From Deltaproteobacteria bacterium (GTDB lineage Bacteria; Desulfobacterota; Syntrophia; Syntrophales; Smithellaceae): a stretch of 39,285 bases of DNA. The notes below the pieces were generated by a model. It saw nothing but the letters and a program-made list of their open reading frames with translations, ran no database searches and was not told the origin of the DNA. This document shows, in pieces, positions 36,187-39,285 of the stretch (the first letter of the stretch is position 1; every line of letters begins with the position of its first letter). Both the position numbers and the translations under genes were made by a program. The stretch is taken from positions 1-39,285 of the forward strand of contig JBAXON010000001.1 of the NCBI GenBank assembly GCA_037133255.1. Reading direction: 5' to 3'.

Positions 36187-38772
36187 TTATTCAAAAAAAC
36201 AAACCATTTCCTGTGCCACAATATCGGAAACCAATATTAATTTTTTGTCCCGAACATCAACGACGTGAACAACATCAGCATACTGCCGATTATCCGGCAC
36301 AAGCGCATCCAGAATATTGGGCATTGATTTCATTAAGGTCGTGTTGAAGACAACTTTTTCTAATTCCGGATAAATGGCCATATAAAAAATATTCATCTCC
36401 ACCATATCCTGAAAAAAATGGGTGCCGAAAGAAAGATCGGGTATCAAACTTCCTTCAGTGTAGGCAATTTCGGCGATCGCCGCGATATTGTTTATCTCGG
36501 AAAAAGTCACCGGTACACCCATGGCCGGCGTTGTTGTCCCCCAGCGTCCCGGCCCGAAAAGTATCGTCGGTATTTCTTCGCGATTATTAATAGTCTTGTT
36601 GATTTTCCCTACCAACCGGGCAATACTATATTTTTCAGAAAGCGGGAGTTTCACATAACCTTGAGGGTCAATATAAATGATTCGTGAAATATTCTCGTAA
36701 ACGCTGCCGCCCATGAAGTTGCCCTCCTGTCGCAGCAGTATTTTGTTCTTCTTAATTTTATCAGGAATTTCCACCTTGCTATAGTGGCCTTTTGTCTGAA
36801 ACGGCCGGCACTGAAGGAGATTGATTTGCATTTTCCCCTCCGCGTTAAAGTTAGCGGTAAATTCAATATCCACCGGATAATTATATATCTCTTCCAATCG
36901 TTTAAGCATCCGAGACATAATCGCCGAAAAGTCCGTTGAGGAGAGCAGCTCATCAAAGGTAAGTATCCACACTTCCCTGTGTTTGCCCAAAGCTCTCATC
37001 CGCTCAACTGCCTCAATATCGCGAGTGCCGATAAGGTCTAAGCGTGCCTGCATTCCATCACTTAGCGCCTCTGCCACCGATAAGGATTGAAAACGATTTT
37101 CTTCCAAATTCAAAACATCAACGCTATGCTGAGAAAAACGCGCCGCATCTTCCGGCTTGGCATAGGGTTTAACCAGTGGCTCATCGAGCGCTACAATTCG
37201 TGGATAATCATTTTCCATGCGGTTCACTGCCCTTGTCCCCAGCCCAAAAACAAGCCGGAGCATTCCCGCCTTGGCGTCCATGCCTTTTTTCCAGACAAAA
37301 CTGTTATAAGATAAACCGACTCCGGCCAATTCCGGAAAGAAATAATTTTTACGGTAAGAACCGGAAACCCGCTGCACAAGCAGTGCCATCTGCTCATCTT
37401 GTTGATCCAAACCCCTCTGCAAACGATAAGTCAGGGCATCTATATCCATTGTGCTGGCAAATATCTTCCGGACTGCTTCCTCAAATTTCTCATAACGTTC
37501 TTCCGGGGTCCCTTGATTGGCGCAAAAATAACTTTCATATTTCCCGGCAAAAGCATTACCGAATGCATCTTCCAAAAGACTGCTGGAGCGCACAATAATC
37601 GGTGATTGCCCGTAATACTCCAGCATTAATTGAAAGCGTTCCCGGATTTCTTCAGGAAATACTCCCTTCAGCATTTTGTCTTTCAATTCCCTGGCGCTCT
37701 CAAAATAGCCCTCTTTGGTTTTATGGGACATGAGCGATCTCCACCAGCCGTTTTGAACCATATAAGAATAAAAAACATCTGAGCCGATATAAAACGAATC
37801 GTGCAATTCCAGATTCTCAGACCAATTTACAGAAGAGTCTTTTCTCAAAATGTTGCGTGCCAGAAGCATACCCGCGGATTTACCACCGATGAACCCTGTT
37901 CCAATAAGCCGATCTTTAATTTCGATAACATCTTCCAGCGTAAAATATTCTTTGATCAGAGCCAGCATTCTTTTCTCTTTGCCGATTAACACTCGGGAAA
38001 GCTGCTCTACCATCTTCTGGTTATCTTGTACGTCCTTTGGATTTTCCAGCATATCCTTTGCCTGCATAAACAGACGATCCCAATAATCCAGATTTCTTTC
38101 AGCGCCAGTGTCACTTGCCTGATGAAGATAGGAAAACAAATTAGCGGCATCGGCGCTGTTCATAATGGGAACATATTCGTCATTTTCCATAATGTGCGGC
38201 AGAAACATCGTCGGCGAATAACGCTGCCAGACTTTAATTGGGTGGATACAAAGTTTACCCTGATAGTTATAAACATCCAGCAGCACCTGGGTTGTTTCTC
38301 TAATGCGGGCAATAGTTTTAAATGAATGACTGTTGCGAAGGATTGAAAAGTAAGCAACCGTGTTTAACTCAAAAAGATAGGGACAAGTAATCACAAAAAA
38401 GTTGCCGATCATCAGATCGGTTGCCCAGGTCAGCAGCAGATCTGACAGGCAATCAAATACATAAAAAACATCGCGGCCTTCCTTCCGGATGATATAATGA
38501 ACCTGCGTAGAGAAAGATTCAAAGCCGATATCGGCGTTGAGTCTATAAGTTGCAACTCTTCCGGTTGGTTCTAAAATCGGCGGGTGCTTGGCAAAGCGCA
38601 TATAAACAATGCGCCGCCCTTTTTCCAGCGCTGTGTTCACATAAGGGTTGACAAATGCTTTGTAGTCTTCAATATTTTCAACTTGAAAAACAACATTATC
38701 ACCCATTTGCAGGTAATTGAGAGTTTTATTCAATCCTTTAATGCCTGTACTAACACTGGATATCGGGATCAT
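36187..38772 (-). CDS. PEP/pyruvate-binding (PPDK_N ATP-grasp) protein with a P-loop-less KaiC/RecA-like N-domain and an unknown C-domain
   Basis: 861 aa. The N-terminus STGIKGLNKTLNYLQMGDNVVFQV resembles KaiC/RadA GIxGLD but has no GxxGxGKT. The central part matches the PpsA/PPDK N-domain (GFIGGKSAGMLLA, VRSSSLLEDAFGNAFAGKYESYF, LLQCRP). No phosphohistidine swivel motif was seen. Confidence 0.75.
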   Translation of the reverse strand: MIPISSVSTGIKGLNKTLNYLQMGDNVVFQVENIEDYKAFVNPYVNTALEKGRRIVYMRFAKHPPILEPTGRVATYRLNADIGFESFSTQVHYIIRKEGRDVFYVFDCLSDLLLTWATDLMIGNFFVITCPYLFELNTVAYFSILRNSHSFKTIARIRETTQVLLDVYNYQGKLCIHPIKVWQRYSPTMFLPHIMENDEYVPIMNSADAANLFSYLHQASDTGAERNLDYWDRLFMQAKDMLENPKDVQDNQKMVEQLSRVLIGKEKRMLALIKEYFTLEDVIEIKDRLIGTGFIGGKSAGMLLARNILRKDSSVNWSENLELHDSFYIGSDVFYSYMVQNGWWRSLMSHKTKEGYFESARELKDKMLKGVFPEEIRERFQLMLEYYGQSPIIVRSSSLLEDAFGNAFAGKYESYFCANQGTPEERYEKFEEAVRKIFASTMDIDALTYRLQRGLDQQDEQMALLVQRVSGSYRKNYFFPELAGVGLSYNSFVWKKGMDAKAGMLRLVFGLGTRAVNRMENDYPRIVALDEPLVKPYAKPEDAARFSQHSVDVLNLEENRFQSLSVAEALSDGMQARLDLIGTRDIEAVERMRALGKHREVWILTFDELLSSTDFSAIMSRMLKRLEEIYNYPVDIEFTANFNAEGKMQINLLQCRPFQTKGHYSKVEIPDKIKKNKILLRQEGNFMGGSVYENISRIIYIDPQGYVKLPLSEKYSIARLVGKINKTINNREEIPTILFGPGRWGTTTPAMGVPVTFSEINNIAAIAEIAYTEGSLIPDLSFGTHFFQDMVEMNIFYMAIYPELEKVVFNTTLMKSMPNILDALVPDNRQYADVVHVVDVRDKKLILVSDIVAQEMVCFFE

Positions 38773-38893
38773 TAAATCACCTTCAATATTTGGTTCAAAC
38801 AGGCTCTAGCCCTGTGTGACTTAGGTTCTACAACAAATCATATTCCTTCGTCTAGCTTTATATTAAGTTGATTTTCCGCCGGTCAGCTTTTTA

Positions 38894-38922
38894 TTGACAC
38901 ACAAGACTTAGTTTCGTATAGT
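38894..38922 (+). promoter_or_regulatory. near-consensus sigma-70 promoter of the TolC-like gene
   Basis: TTGACA (38894-38899), 17-nt spacer, TATAGT (38917-38922). The ATG follows 6 nt after the -10. Confidence 0.6.
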
Positions 38923-38928
38923 TCGAGC

Positions 38929-39285
38929 ATGAAAAAGAAGTTTCTTGTCATTAAGTATTTATCGTTGTGTATTCTTCTTCTTTTATTTGCACCAGCGTGC
39001 TTGTGGGCTGTGGATACGATTAGTCTTAATGATTGTTTTAAGGCGGCACTAAAAAGAAGTGAGATTTTGGCCACACAGCAGGAGCTGGTCATACAGGCTG
39101 AGGAAACCTATCGCCGGGCCTGGGGCGCAATTCTTCCCTCTGTCAGCGGTTATTATTCCTATTCCCGACGCAACGCTCCCGGACTTACCGATTCAGGAAA
39201 TACCGATTCTTCGGCAGGACAGCAGACTTTAAAAATTATAGCAGGTCAGCCTTTATTTAGAGGGTTCAGAAACTTTGCCGCCATA
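38929..39285 (+). CDS. TolC-family outer-membrane efflux protein (5' part, runs off the window)
   Basis: Hand translation gives MKKKFLVIKYLSLCILLLLFAPACLWAVDTISLNDCFKAALKRSEILATQQELVIQAEETYRRAWGAILPSVSG... This is a signal peptide followed by the typical OEP N-terminal helix. The frame is open to the window end. The ORF is absent from the ORF track. Confidence 0.8.
   Translation, partial: MKKKFLVIKYLSLCILLLLFAPACLWAVDTISLNDCFKAALKRSEILATQQELVIQAEETYRRAWGAILPSVSGYYSYSRRNAPGLTDSGNTDSSAGQQTLKIIAGQPLFRGFRNFAAI

Overview
Mostly core chromosomal DNA from a diderm bacterium that uses sigma-54. It looks like a Desulfobacterota or other anaerobe, but that is an impression only. I found no rRNA, tRNA, CRISPR array, transposase or integrase.

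Gene content, left to right:
- ilvB-ilvN-ilvC-ilvD on the minus strand.
- A PBP1A gene interrupted by one in-frame TAG.
- tatC and tatA.
- A plus-strand string of an HDAC-family deacetylase, gatCAB, mtnA and a HAD hydrolase, partly with ATGA overlaps.
- A minus-strand DUF1353 / HDAC-like / mini-GNAT trio.
- prmC-murA-hisD, then a Tat-exported DUF362 protein and a membrane polyferredoxin.
- An AT-richer envelope block: a secreted TPR protein, a patatin-like lipoprotein, an Mla-like operon whose ATPase lacks a Walker A, two lipoproteins, and a secreted caspase-like protease.
- A canonical sigma-54 promoter driving amt, a PII protein and a porin, followed by a GAF / sigma-54 activator.
- An 861-aa protein with a PEP/pyruvate-binding ATP-grasp domain.
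- The 5' end of a TolC-like gene.

Things not explained by the ORF track:
- A 33-codon Val/Leu-rich leader peptide with four mutually exclusive hairpins upstream of ilvB. This is a classical attenuator.
- A nested hairpin repeat family with compensatory base changes. One copy appears to be inserted in frame inside prmC.
- A second repeat family with TTTGTCAT/ATGACAAA termini.
- A triple 11-bp palindrome over the caspase promoter.
- A probable leaderless tolC-like transcript.

I do not see a recognisable known defence system. The candidates for something new are flagged with moderate scores, not high ones.
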